A program made the position numbers and the translations under genes. The notes beneath the pieces were generated by a model. That model ran no database searches and was not told the origin of the DNA. It saw only the letters and a program-made list of their open reading frames with translations. Shown piece after piece: positions 24,862-39,242 of a stretch of DNA of 64,000 nt (position 1 is its first letter; each line of letters starts with the position of its first letter). Source of the DNA: Macrostomum hystrix (Eukaryota; Animalia; Platyhelminthes); contig CATNEN010000002.1 of the NCBI GenBank assembly GCA_950097015.1, positions 2,728,001 through 2,792,000 on the forward strand, in the 5' to 3' direction.

Positions 24862-26191
24862 CACTCAGCAACATTGAAAAGTTTCCACCCTCGCGCAAGT
24901 TGTATATTTAGAGTTTCAAAACCGGTTTTTGTCGCCAGACTTGTGCCATAGACGATTGATGATTTCGTCAACACGCACTTGGGCCATAGACGCCAGACAA
25001 GTCGAAGGAAACATTCACATGTAGCAGTCAGCTTACAGGAGTCTATGATCCACGTTCGCAACCAAACGGAATGGTTCGCCAAATGACCGACCTGGAACGA
25101 GCGCGCGCCGTTGGCATGCTGGACGCTGGGGTGTCCATCCGAGCTATTACTCGCCAAATTGGGCGGTCTCGCACAGCAATCCGCAAACTGCAGATCAAGT
25201 GCAGAGAAACTGGCAGCGTGGCGCTAGCCACGCGCGGCCGGCGGCTCAATATGCGCAGTACAACTAGGAGGGCGGACCGGCGATTGCTGCGAATGTCGAA
25301 GGGAAGCCCCACATTGACAGCCACCTTGCTACGGCTGATGTGGGCTGAAAGAAGCAGGCGAGGGGATATTCTGAGCGCCCAAACCATCCGACGACAATAG
25401 CGGGAGTCGGGGCTCTGATCCCGTAAGATGCGCAAACGGCCACGCCTGACCCCAACCCATGTGGCCAGCCGGCAACAATGGGCAATGCAAAGGGTCCAGT
25501 GGAGGCAGCAGCAGTGGCGGCGAGTGATTTTCTCGGATGAGAGCCGCTTTCGATTGTTCCGTGCCGACGGCCGCATTCGAGTGTGGCGCCAGCCACGCCA
25601 GGAGATGCTGCCGCAGCACGTGCAAAACTCAGAGAGCCAGTCAGCTTCTATTCACGTGTGGGCAGGCATCAAAATGCACGCAAAGACGGAGCTTGTGTTC
25701 CTGGATGCGACTGTGACTGCCGAGTCGTATTTGCCAATTTTTTTGCCAAGCCAACCTTCTACAGACGCTGCTGCCCTTCATTGATGCTTCATGTGGTGGC
25801 GTGGGGAACAGCGTCCTCCAAGACGACAACGCCCCACCGCATCGCGCAGCCGTTGTGGTGCATCTGATGGACTGACTACTTCGGAATCACTGTCTACCGC
25901 GAATCACTGTCTACTGCATGGCAACAGCTACCGCAAGATTTTCTGCGACGCCTGGTTGTGGGTATGCCCGGAGAGTGTGCGCTCTGCTGCACGCACGTGG
26001 CTGCTGTACGCGTTATCGACCCTGTTCTGGGCCAGTTGGCACCAGATGCTCGCGTACTTTCTTTGCTGTTCGTTTGCTTCGTTCGAATCCGGATTTTATA
26101 TCTGTCTATGGCTCAAACCACAAATATCTCCACCTACCAAAACGTTGACCCATCGTGCGCTAGGGTGGAAACTTTTCAATGTTGCTGAGTG
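24862..26191 (+). mobile_element. Tc1-like DNA transposon, 1330 bp, defective transposase (25071 to about 26020)
   Basis: Perfect 30-bp TIR CACTCAGCAACATTGAAAAGTTTCCACCCT; TA TSD at 24860-61 and 26192-93; VIFSDESRF, QDDNAPPH and C-terminal MP..RV..LL.ARG..TRY motifs; stops near 25398 and 25415; SPDLNPIE region missing. Confidence 0.95.
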
Positions 26192-26537
26192 TAAATATTC
26201 TCCGATTTCTTAAGCGACAGTGAAAACATATGGATTTAGGTCATCTGTGTACTGAGATAAATTGGTTTTTTCTTTCAGTACAGCCACTTCCTCTGCTCTT
26301 TAGTGTGTTTGGAAAAAACTTGTGCGATAAGTCTAATAAGTCTCTCCTACAGGTACAGGTCTCCTACCCGATCTGCTTCCTTTAGATGTGTCAATCATTT
26401 CTTTAGGCAAAAGAAATTATGCAGTCCATACAATGAGTTAAAGTCAGAATTCAGAGGTGTGCCAAATGAGAACACTAATAATTTTGCCTATAGACACAGC
26501 TAGAATCTCTTGAACCATATCTCACTGTCATACAAGC

Positions 26538-27311
26538 GATTCTAGCTGTGAATCCTGCTGCATTTCTAGCTGTGACTCTTGCTGCGATTCTAGCTGTGAC
26601 TCCTGCTGCGATTCTAGCTGTGAATCCTGCTGCGATTCTATCTTTGAATCCTGCTGCGATTCTAGCTGTGACTCTTGCTGCGATTCTAGCTGTGAATTCT
26701 GCTGCGATTCTATCTTTGAATCCTGCTGCGATTCTAGCTGTGAATCCTGCTGCGATTCTAGCTGTGAATTCTGCTGCGATTCTAGCTTTGACTCCTGCTG
26801 CGATTCTATCTTTGAAGCCTGCTGCGATTCTAGCTGTGACTCCTGCTGCGATTCTATCTTTGAATCCTGCTGCGATTCTAGCTGTGACTCCTGCTGCGAT
26901 TCTAGCTGTGACTCCTGCTGCGATTCTATCTTTGAATCCTGCTGCGATTCTAGCTGTGACTCCTGCTGCGATTCTAGCTGTGACTCTTGCTGCGATTCTA
27001 GCTGTGACTCCTGCTGCGATTCTATCTTTGAATCCTGCTGCGATTCTAGCTGTGAATCCTGCTGCGATTCTAGCTGTGAATCCTGCTGCGATTCTAGCTG
27101 TGACTCCTGCTGCGATTCTAGCTGTGAATCCTGCTGCGATTCTAGCTGTGAATCCTGCTGCGATTCTAGCTGTGACTCCTGCTGCGATTCTAGCTGTGAC
27201 TCCTGCTGCGATTCTAGCTGTGACTCCTGCTGCGATTCTATCTTTGAATCCTGCTGCGATTCTAGCTGTGAATCCTGCTGCGATTCTAGCTGTGACTCCT
27301 GCTGCGATTCT
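26538..27311. repeat. 24-bp minisatellite (CTGCTGCGATTCTAGCTGTGAMTC)n, about 32 copies
   Basis: Tandem periodicity; explains ORFs 26475..27520. Confidence 0.95.
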
Positions 27312-27574
27312 AATACAAATACAAATTGAATACAAATGTATTTGCAAAGATGATAAAGTACTAATATTAACAAACACATTGAAATCTCATATTCACTCAT
27401 GGAAGGCCAAGAACTATATTCGATTCCAATTTTTGTAAAATTTACAAAAAATATGCATTTTTCATATGAATTATGATTTTCGGCTTTGGTGTTACTAGTT
27501 GTGCTTAAAAACGTGTTCAAAATCGTCTAGAAGATTGCCGATCGCAAATTCATCACGGAAGCTTCCACCGCTGA

Positions 27575-29192
27575 TCACATCACAGTGCAGCAGCCGCTCT
27601 CCTTGCCTTCGCGGTTTTTCCGCGGCTGCAGAACTGCCAGAAGCGCCTCGTCAAAAACTAGCTTCAGGTTGTTCTGCGATAAAAAATATTCTGTAGTGCC
27701 ATTTTTGCACTTTTACAAGCGTTTGTTTACTTTAGCTCTCGCCCAGCTCTCGACTAGCTCTCGACCAGCTCACATCATACTCGCGCCTAGCTCTGGCCAT
27801 AATCTCGCCCAGCTCACGCCCAACTCTCGCCTAGCTCACGCCCAGCTCTCGCCTAGCTCTCGCCTAGCTCTCGCCTAGCTCTCGCCTAACTCTAGCCTAA
27901 CTCTCGCCTAGCTCTCGCCTAACTCTCGCCTAACTCTCGCCTAGCTCACGCCCAGCTCTCGCCTAGCTCCCGCCTAGCTCTCGCCTAGCTCTCGCCTAGC
28001 TCTCGCCTAGCTCCCGCCTAGCTCTCGCCTAGCTCTCGCCTAGCTCTCGCCTAGCTCTCGCCGAACTCTAGCCTAACTCTCGCCTAGCTCTCGCCTAACT
28101 CTCGCCTAACTCTCGCCTAACTCTCGCCTAACTCTCGCCTAGCTCACGCCCAGCTCTCGCCTAGCTCTCGCCTAACTCTCGCCTAACTCTCGCGCAGCTC
28201 TCGCCAAAATCTCACCCAGCTCACATCATACTAGTGCCTAGCTCTGGCCATAATCTCGCCCACCTCTCGCCTAGCTCTCGCCCAGCACTCACCATTGTCA
28301 TGGCGCTGCACTCGACGTAGGCCACAGCTCCGAGGCTGTCTGCAAGCTTTTTTCCGTCCTCGGTTGTCAAAGTCTTTTGCCTGCAACGGGCCAGCTCGTC
28401 CAGCGTGGCCCTGTCGAAGCGCTTGTCAATCTGGGTGCCCACCAGCAGAATTGGCGCCTTCGGGCAGGCTCGCCGGAGCTCCGGAATCCACATGTCTCGC
28501 GCGTTTTCGAAGGAGGTCGGGTTCGCGACGGAGAAACAGACCAGGAAAACGTCAGTGCCGGGGTACGACAGTTCGCGTAGCTTCTCATACTCTTCCTGCA
28601 AATGAAACGAAACGAAAAGTGCAAATGATTAGGGCCGTGTCAAGTGTCATTTTCAGAGTGAAGGCTCATTGTCAGAGTGAAGGCTCATTGCCAGAGTGAA
28701 GGCTCATTGTCAGAGTGAGGCTCATTGTCAGAGTGAAGGCTCATTGTCAGAGTGAAGGCTCATTGTCAGAGTGAAGGCTCATTGTCAGAGTGAAGGCTCA
28801 TCGTCAGAGTGAAGGCTCATTGTCAGAGTGAAGGCTCATTGTCAGAGTGAAGGCTCATTGTCAGAATGAAGGCTCATTGTCAGAGTGAAGGCTCATTGTC
28901 AGAGTGAAGGCTCATTGTCAGAGTGAAGGCTCATTGTCAGAGTGAAGTGCGATTGTCATAGTGACAATTAGGTGAAATTTGATCAGGTGACAACACTGAC
29001 CTGTCCGGCAGTGTCGAAGAGTCCCAATGTGTAGTCACAATCTGCCACTCGAACACTGACAGCGTAGGTGTCAAACACAGTCGGTACATATTCAACAGGG
29101 AATTTACCCTGCACATAGGCGATGAGCAGGCAGGTTTTGCCGACAGTGCCATCGCCAACCACAACACACTTGATGACCTGGCTCAGAGACAT
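27575..29192 (-). CDS. Divergent Cdc42-like Rho GTPase, 197 aa (exons 29192-29001, 28595-28293, 27673-27575)
   Basis: GDGTVGKT P-loop, YVPTVFDTY switch I, DTAGQ, TQID, ECSA; all introns GT-AG and phase 0; last exon [32 protein letters not shown]. Confidence 0.92.
27735..28282. repeat. 11-bp minisatellite (AGCTCTCGCCT)n filling intron 2 of the Rho paralogue
   Basis: Tandem periodicity. Confidence 0.9.
28645..28945. repeat. 19-bp minisatellite (GTCAGAGTGAAGGCTCATT)n in intron 1 of the Rho paralogue
   Basis: About 16 copies. Confidence 0.95.
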
Positions 29193-29589
29193 TCTGATTT
29201 TCGACAGCTGTTAAATTCTTTCGAAACAAATTGTAATTGAGAATATAATATTTGTAGTAGCAATCGGTCGTTTACTTTTTATATAGACTTAGTGCAGTTT
29301 CAGTTTCCAGAAATACCTAATGGCATAATACGCCATTGAAATTGTCTTTCTATTTTTAGAAAGTGTACAGTAACTTTTCTGTGCGGACCGTACAATGCCC
29401 CCGCATGCATCTTCGTTTAAGATGTTGAAGATGAAACTCGCTGCCTGTTCGTAAGATTTTCATGAAATTCAACTCACAGTTCTAAACGGATAGAAAAAAC
29501 TAGCTCGTATAGTACGGATGTTAAGCACAAAATTCGAATCTGACTAAATCTCACTTATTAGTCAGTGAGAGACTAATAAACTAATTCAT

Positions 29590-30305
29590 TATTTACTGAA
29601 TCTTTCACTAATTAGTCAGTAGAACTTCCAAATCTTTCACTAATTAGTCAGTAGAACTTCCAAATCTTTCACTAATTAGTCAGTAGAACTTCCAAATCTT
29701 TCACTAATTAGTCAGTAGATCTTCCAAATCTTTCACTAATTAGTCAGTAGAACTTCCAAATCTTTCACTAATTAGTCAGTAGATATTCCAAATCTTTCAC
29801 TAATTAGTCAGTAGATCTTCCAAATCTTTCATTCATTGGTCAGTAGATCTTCCAAATCTCTAATCAATTTGTCAGTAGATCTTCCAAATCTCTAATCAAT
29901 TTGTCAGTAGATCTTCCAAATCTCTAATCAATTTGTCAGTAGATCTTCCAAATCTCTAATCAATTTGTCAGTAGATCTTCCAAATCTCTAATCAATTTGT
30001 CAGTAGATCTTCCAAATCTTTCACTAATTAGTCAGTAGATATTCCAAATCTTTCACTAATTAGTCAGTAGATCTTCCAAATCTTTCACTAATTAGTCAGT
30101 AGATCTTCCAAATCTTTCATTCATTGGTCAGTAGATCTTCCAAATCTCTAATCAATTTGTCAGTAGATCTTCCAAATCTCTAATCAATTTGTCAGTAGAT
30201 CTTCCAAATCTCTAATCAATTTGTCAGTAGATCTTCCAAATCTCTAATCAATTTGTCAGTAGATCTTCCAAATCTTTCACTAATTAGTCAGTAGATCTTC
30301 CAAAT
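29590..30305. repeat. 32-bp minisatellite (AGTCAGTAGATCTTCCAAATCTTTCACTAATT)n
   Basis: Tandem periodicity with two unit variants. Confidence 0.95.
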
Positions 30306-30828
30306 CTTCAATTCTTTGGACATTAGATCCTACAAATCTCTCATTAATTATTCAGTAGATCGATGAAACTGTTTCATAATTTATCTTTTTAATTGTTCAC
30401 ATATTTAATCAATTGGTTATTTTGTATTTCTGTCAAGAAATCTGAAATAAATACTAGCAATTTTAGTTTAACTGTCTTCATAGCTGTTTTTATATATCTT
30501 TGTGCATATCTGCAGTGTATTGTCCAGTCATAATGACGATGACAGCCAGGGTCGATGACAGGGTATTGCAGAACAATGAAAGCAAGTTCCGAATTGATAG
30601 CAACAAAGGCGATGGGATTTAGTGCTATGTAACGAACAAACAATAAAATAGTCTGACAAAATTAGCAACTAGGCAACAGATTAAGTTCATTGCAGTGATT
30701 AAATCAGAAAGCATTTATAAAGCATCAACTAAATCCTGGATATTTATTTGAAAAAAATAACGGAAGGAAATACATTAGCACTAAAAATACTCTGGATATT
30801 ACTGAATTGATCTAATCACCAGGTACCC

Positions 30829-31285
30829 ATTAGCTAACCCTGTACTCAGATACTTCAGGCTATTGGCTAACCCTGTACTCAGATACTTCAGGCTATTAGC
30901 TAACCCTGTACTCAGATACTTCAGGCTATTGGCTAACCCTGTACTCAGATACTTCAGGCTATTGGCTAACCCTGTACTCAGATACTTCAGGCTATTGGCT
31001 AACCCTGTACTCAGATACTTCAGGCTATTGGCTAACCCTGTACTCAGATACTTCAGGCTATTAGCTAACCCTGTACTCAGATACTTCAGGCTATTGGCTA
31101 ACCCTGTACTCAGGTACTTCAGGCTATTAGCTAACCCTGTACTCAGGTACTTCAGGCTATTAGCTAACCCTGTACTCAGATACTTCAGACTATTGGCTAA
31201 CCCTGTACTCAGATACTTCAGGCTATTGGCTAACCCTGTACTCAGGTACTTCAGGCTATTAGCTAACCCTGTACTCAGGTACTTC
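30829..31285. repeat. 33-bp minisatellite (TTRGCTAACCCTGTACTCAGATACTTCAGGCTA)n, about 14 copies; about 2 more copies at 32563-32620
   Basis: Tandem periodicity; explains ORFs 30799..31318. Confidence 0.95.
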
Positions 31286-32028
31286 AATGCACGAATGCAG
31301 TCAGTTGGCCATTGCTGAAGACAAAATAACTTTTAAGCCGAATCAAAAGGATAAAAAACTGGATTAATGGAGGTAGCATTTAAATTTGTATACGAAATTT
31401 CTGATTGGCAGATTAGTGCAAAATCAAAGCATAAAAAAATTGTGATATAAATTTTTTTTATAAGAAAAAACAGTTTTATTTGCTGCTGACCAACAAATTA
31501 GCGACATCGGTGTAAATCACTGAGACACTTTAGATGCTTACACATACTACTACTATAAGTAACAAATTATAAATAAATACGAGTATAGAAACATCAAGCA
31601 TGCACAATCTACTATTGGAAATCACAGCTAAATGATTGCATAGATATCATAACTCTGAACGTAGCCAAGTTTCTAAGGGGACAGGGGCTGTGCAGTGCCA
31701 GTACTTTGTGTTAACATCGACTACTCAAGAAATCGACTACCCAATAACCCGACGATAAAAATAGACGCCGTTGCATTCAAAGCCCTTGCAAACTCATTTC
31801 GCACTGATAGCACACACACACCAGAAAGATATGATAAAAATTTAAACAAATGGTACTTACAATTTTCATGATTGCAGCAGTGATTGCAAATAAAATAAAA
31901 CCAATATATAGCAGCTAGACAAAACTGAACTAAAATTTGTTCGACCAGTTTAATGAGTTTCACAAATACCAGCAATTTGTTCAGTCATTGAAACCTGAAG
32001 AATTTTTCTGAGCGGTGAGGCTTCAGAC

Positions 32029-34662
<2,634 letters not shown>

Positions 34663-36591
34663 TTAAATCCCAGCTTCATATTTCAATGACAATTTTATTA
34701 TGTGCACTAATGAAAATATAAAAAATTACATACACAAATACAAAATAAATGATTATCATATATTCAGCACCCAGTAATAGCTATTGCCATCAGTCCTAAA
34801 GTATTCATGTTATTATTAATGAGTTCATCAATCATATATACTATTAATAACACAGACTTACAAAATTATTGACAATCTCAGGAACAAAATAAAATTTAAT
34901 TATACCCACCACTGTGATGGCTAATGCACGGACAGCTCTGTAGAAATTCACTTATGTATTCACATTTTAACATTTTTTGAATAGGGTAATGTATCATCAA
35001 CCAAACAAGAATGTGTATTTTTTTAACTTCAAACCTAAGCTACAGATTTTCTATTTAAGATATGATGATAAATCAAAAGCCAAGTTATAGAAAACAGTTA
35101 CATCTTTCTAAAAAGTATCTGCTTTTGCTATTTTATCAAAAAGAAAAAAGTTATTCCTGCTTTTTATCTATAACCGAACAATGATTTTCAAACCAAACAG
35201 AGAATTTGATGTTTGGTTTTACAATTTGAGTGAGTGGTTTAATATTATTTTAAGGAGTGATCTATCATAAATTATGTCATTTGAAAGCATTTTTCATGCT
35301 CTATAAATAACTACATTTTTGGTCATTTAATTGGCAAGCAACCACATACAATCTTAGTCTAAAGTACATACTGAAAAATTGTTGTTTAAAAGTATGCTTT
35401 TGCAATAAAAATTTCTACTGAAACATCAATATCTTTCTTTCCTCTTAATGCTTCATTGCACATCATGCCTCAGCTTGTAGATAATTTATTTAACTTTCAA
35501 ATTAGTTGTTCTGTGAAACACAATAGCTTGTTTCTGTCTTGCACAAGACCAAGGAAGAAGTCAAAATTCTTGTTCAGTTTTGAAGATACACTGTTCGGTT
35601 GATGATACATTACCCTAATGAGATAGGGTTTCGTTCTTTTCTTAGAAATCTTTTTAATTTTTTTAAGTGCACTCTGTTTGTTATAATGCACCAAATTTAG
35701 TTATTATGCACCAATGCACTGAAAATATAACAGTTTTAATGAAGTGAAGGAGGGAAGTGAAAAATAGGTATAAATACACTAGTGAGAGAAAGCAGAAAAC
35801 CAATGTGTATTTTTCTCAGCATTCAGAATAAGAAAGCTTGAATATTGAAGTGTTAATCTTTAAGTTATTTGAAGATACCTTGAGAAAGAGAAGTGAATAA
35901 AGTGAAAAAGGAGCTGTAATCCTAGATCCACTGGTAAAGCCCAAGTAGGACTGAAGACTGAATTGAAGATAGATTGAAGAAAAATTGAAGAGCAATGAAG
36001 AAGGATAAAGATGGATAAGGACTAATCAAGACTGATAAAGATGGATAAAAGACTGATCAAGAGTACTTACAGAAATAATACAGTAAAGTTATAAGTGAAA
36101 GTAAATAGAGAGGATAAATATCTGCATATTGAACATATTATGCTAATGATTAAATACATAATGCTACCAGTTTGAATTGAAAAAAAGAAGTACATAAAGT
36201 GAATAACTAAAGACACTCTTATGTTTAATATAAAGACAATATTTGATTACGTTTATAAAGCCCTACAACAACTTTGTAGGATTCATTATTAGTATTTAAA
36301 GATTTTTAAGAATTTATGCCTACGACAATAATAGGGCTTATTCCTAGGATAGGCCTACTTAGCTAACATAAAAAAGTCAATATGAAGTGAGTTACCTATA
36401 ATTCCAGTAGGGCCTACTCTATTTTACTAATACTCATGTATGTCTTACAAGTAAATTATAAGTAATTAGTAAAGGCACTTTACTTACAATTGCTAACTAG
36501 GCCTAGGCCTAAACAGAGGCTATTTTGCAAGTTTACCTATAGGCCTAGTTTATTGATAAGGCATCGCTGGACCACCAGAATAGAATAGACT

Positions 36592-37068
36592 GGCAATGTT
36601 CTACTTCCGTTTGTTATATTATTTTTTCGTTTGTAAACGACAGATGACGACAAAAACAAGTTTAACAGTAACAAAAAGTCAGTTGTTTGGTCACACAGTT
36701 CTGAAAAGTCTTGGTCAGTCTTTCTTCTTTCAAACTGGGTATAATACTGCCTAATCCAGTAGAGGAAGGCACCAAAGCTATTCTTGGGGTATAGACGGCG
36801 CCATAAGAATTCTTCGAGGTGGCTTTTGAATAGAGCAGCACTCGTGCCATGCATTTGACGCAGCTTAGCTTTTGCGAAATCTTCAGCTGCAGAATTTCTG
36901 TGCTTTAGCTTCCTGTTCCCCCATATTTGCCAGATTTTGCCATAGACATAGATCCAAGTGTCAAGTCATGGCAAAGCCACGTCAGCACAACTTTTTCAAA
37001 CTCAGAATCCACGTGTGGCATGAATACAAATGAAAAAATAATATAACGCACAGATGTAGAACATTGCT
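36592..37068 (-). mobile_element. Internally deleted Merlin (IS1595/ISXO2-like) DNA transposon, 477 bp
   Basis: About 43-bp imperfect TIR (GGCAATGTTCTAC...GTTATATTATTTTTTC.TTTGTA); TSD GAATAGAC at 36583-90 and 37069-76; transposase C-terminal remnant AKLRQMHGTSAALFKSHLEEFLWRR...IRQYY. Confidence 0.8.
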
Positions 37069-37214
37069 GAATAGACCCCTACTACAAAATAGCTATATGA
37101 GCTTACAAAGCCTATATATACAGTAAATGCTAGTTTAATATTTATGAAGGTTTTTGCTAACTTTAACAAAAATTTAATAAAATAATTTGAATTAGGCCTC
37201 AACAACCTCAACAA

Positions 37215-37530
37215 TAGGTTTTAGCCTAGTGGCTAGGGCATCAGACTCACAACTTAAAAGTCAGGGGTCAGGGTTAGGGTCAAGGGACAGGGGTTTGATT
37301 CCCAACTCCACTGAAACAATTTGTCTTTTAGCAAGACACTTAGGTAGGCCTATGCATTGCTTCAGTTCACATAGCTATTAAATGGGTAGGCCTACCAGCA
37401 TTAGCTGCAAAAATTGAGGGGTATGGCATCTCCCCATTCCATGGACTGATCAGCTGTAAGCAGCATTCAGATAGATATGTCATGCAAAAGCTATGACATG
37501 TTGTCGGCTACACATCCGGAATCCAGCCCA
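37215..37530 (+). mobile_element. tRNA-derived SINE (family 2), decayed
   Basis: A box TAGCCTAGTGG at 37222; B box GGTTTGATTCC at 37292; 3' blocks shared with 60358-60490. Confidence 0.6.
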
Positions 37531-38010
37531 ATTGGGGCAGGTGTAGTAAATTAGTAATAGGCCTATTATTAAATACAAGAGCAGCAATTAGCAATTAATA
37601 TGACACACATAAAGAAGTAAATAGGCCTAGCTAAACAATCATAAATGTAGGCCTAATTGAAATAAATGAACTAACCGCCTACCAAGGGTGAAGGAAAAAT
37701 TTTGACAAAATAAATCTGTCCAATGGTGAAAGACAATTAATTGTGTCACACCCAAATCGAGCAACACAAGAAAACAAAACACATGAATGCAGGCCAACTT
37801 TTTGTTGCACATCTTTTGAAACAAAAATCAAGTCGCCAGCCCTTCAGACTGTCAAGATATTTAATGGCTCTGGCCAAAAGTCAGATTTTTCCACAAATTT
37901 GCGCCTCAGTGTAGCATTTACAAGGGTACCTGCACACTTTGTCATCTCACAACTTTGTCATCCAGATGACGATCTGTCCAATATCTCAGATGGTGGATGA
38001 CGAAGAGACG

Positions 38011-38360
38011 TAGACTTGTGGACACTTCGTCATCTATAAAACAAAAGTTTTCAAAGTTAGAACAGAACCACCCCTCCCCACCCCTCCTCACATCGTGTTG
38101 GCACCTAGGCCTATCTTTCAACTCTTATAATGAAATCAGTTTTGACACCTCTTTTTGACAATTTAGAGTGTGAAGTGTGCTCACACCTCTGCCCCACCAC
38201 CCCACCCTCACTTTTTTTATGTCGAACTTGATTGCTTGTTATTAGGCCTAGTAGATGACGAACTGACCAAATTTTAAAGCATGCCAATTGGCTGGATGAC
38301 GAAGTGTCCTACCTTCTAAGTGGATGACGAAGTTGTAAGATGACGAAGTGTCTATGTCTA
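38011..38360. mobile_element. Probable MITE with about 24-bp inverted termini (TAGAC..GACACTTCGTCATCT); a shorter relative at about 39363-39445
   Basis: Inverted GGACACTTCGTCATCT / AGATGACGAAGTGTC termini and repeated GATGACGAAG motifs; no TSD found. Confidence 0.5.
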
Positions 38361-38704
38361 GGATCCTTTACAGGGATTCAAAATTTACCAGTATTACACA
38401 AATTTGTCTGAATCATCTCCAACATTCCCCAAGTGTATTAATAAATATTGCAAGTTTTATCAAGTAGAATAAGTCTAAATCTATATGTATTTATGCATAC
38501 TCGAGTCGTACGAAGGAAAAGCTAAAATTAAATAATTTCATAATACTTAAAACAAACCTAATGCTTGTAAGTCGTTATTTTAATGAAGCATGATTAATGG
38601 AGGAATGCAAAATCGAGAATTAATAATTCTATATATTCGCAATTATCGTTCGCATTTCTAAGTTTGCAGTCTAATAATGTGCAATGGTTTCAGTTCAGTT
38701 CTTC

Positions 38705-39242
38705 GGTTGACGATCATTTCGTCTGCCGCCTTTTCGTCTGCCGCCTTTTCGTCTGCCAATATACGATATAGTCGTTTCGTCTGCCAATATATATAATATA
38801 TAAATCGGAATAACTAATAATGTCATCAAGCTTCGCATGGAAGGGTAATGTAAATGTCTTATGAATTATAATTTATTATAATGCTAGGATTTTTCTGAAA
38901 GTTCTGGAGCTAATATGTTGCATATAAATATACACAAAGCCAGAAGCAAATATCTCCAACCGTTTAGTTTCCTTCCAACTTTCATCTTTTTCGTGTATGA
39001 AAACTCTCATATGCAATTTTCGTAGAAAATATATAGGTTTCGTAGAAAATGAAGAAAAACTAAATGTATCAATATAAATAAAAAACATACTTAAAACTTG
39101 CTTATACTAATTTATTTTAATTCCCTACATAAAAAATACTAGATAAGTGAACCAAAGTAAACATAAATAAAAAAGTCGTTTCGTCTTTTCTGTACCAATT
39201 CTTTGGCAGACGAAAAGGCGGCAGACGAAATGACCGCAGACC
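38705..39242. mobile_element. MITE, 538 bp, 38-bp TIR and 8-bp TSD
   Basis: TIR GGT..CG.TCATTTCGTCTGCCGCCTTTTCGTCTGCC (4 mismatches); TSD AGTTCTTC at 38697-38704 and 39243-39250; AT-rich non-coding interior. Confidence 0.85.
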
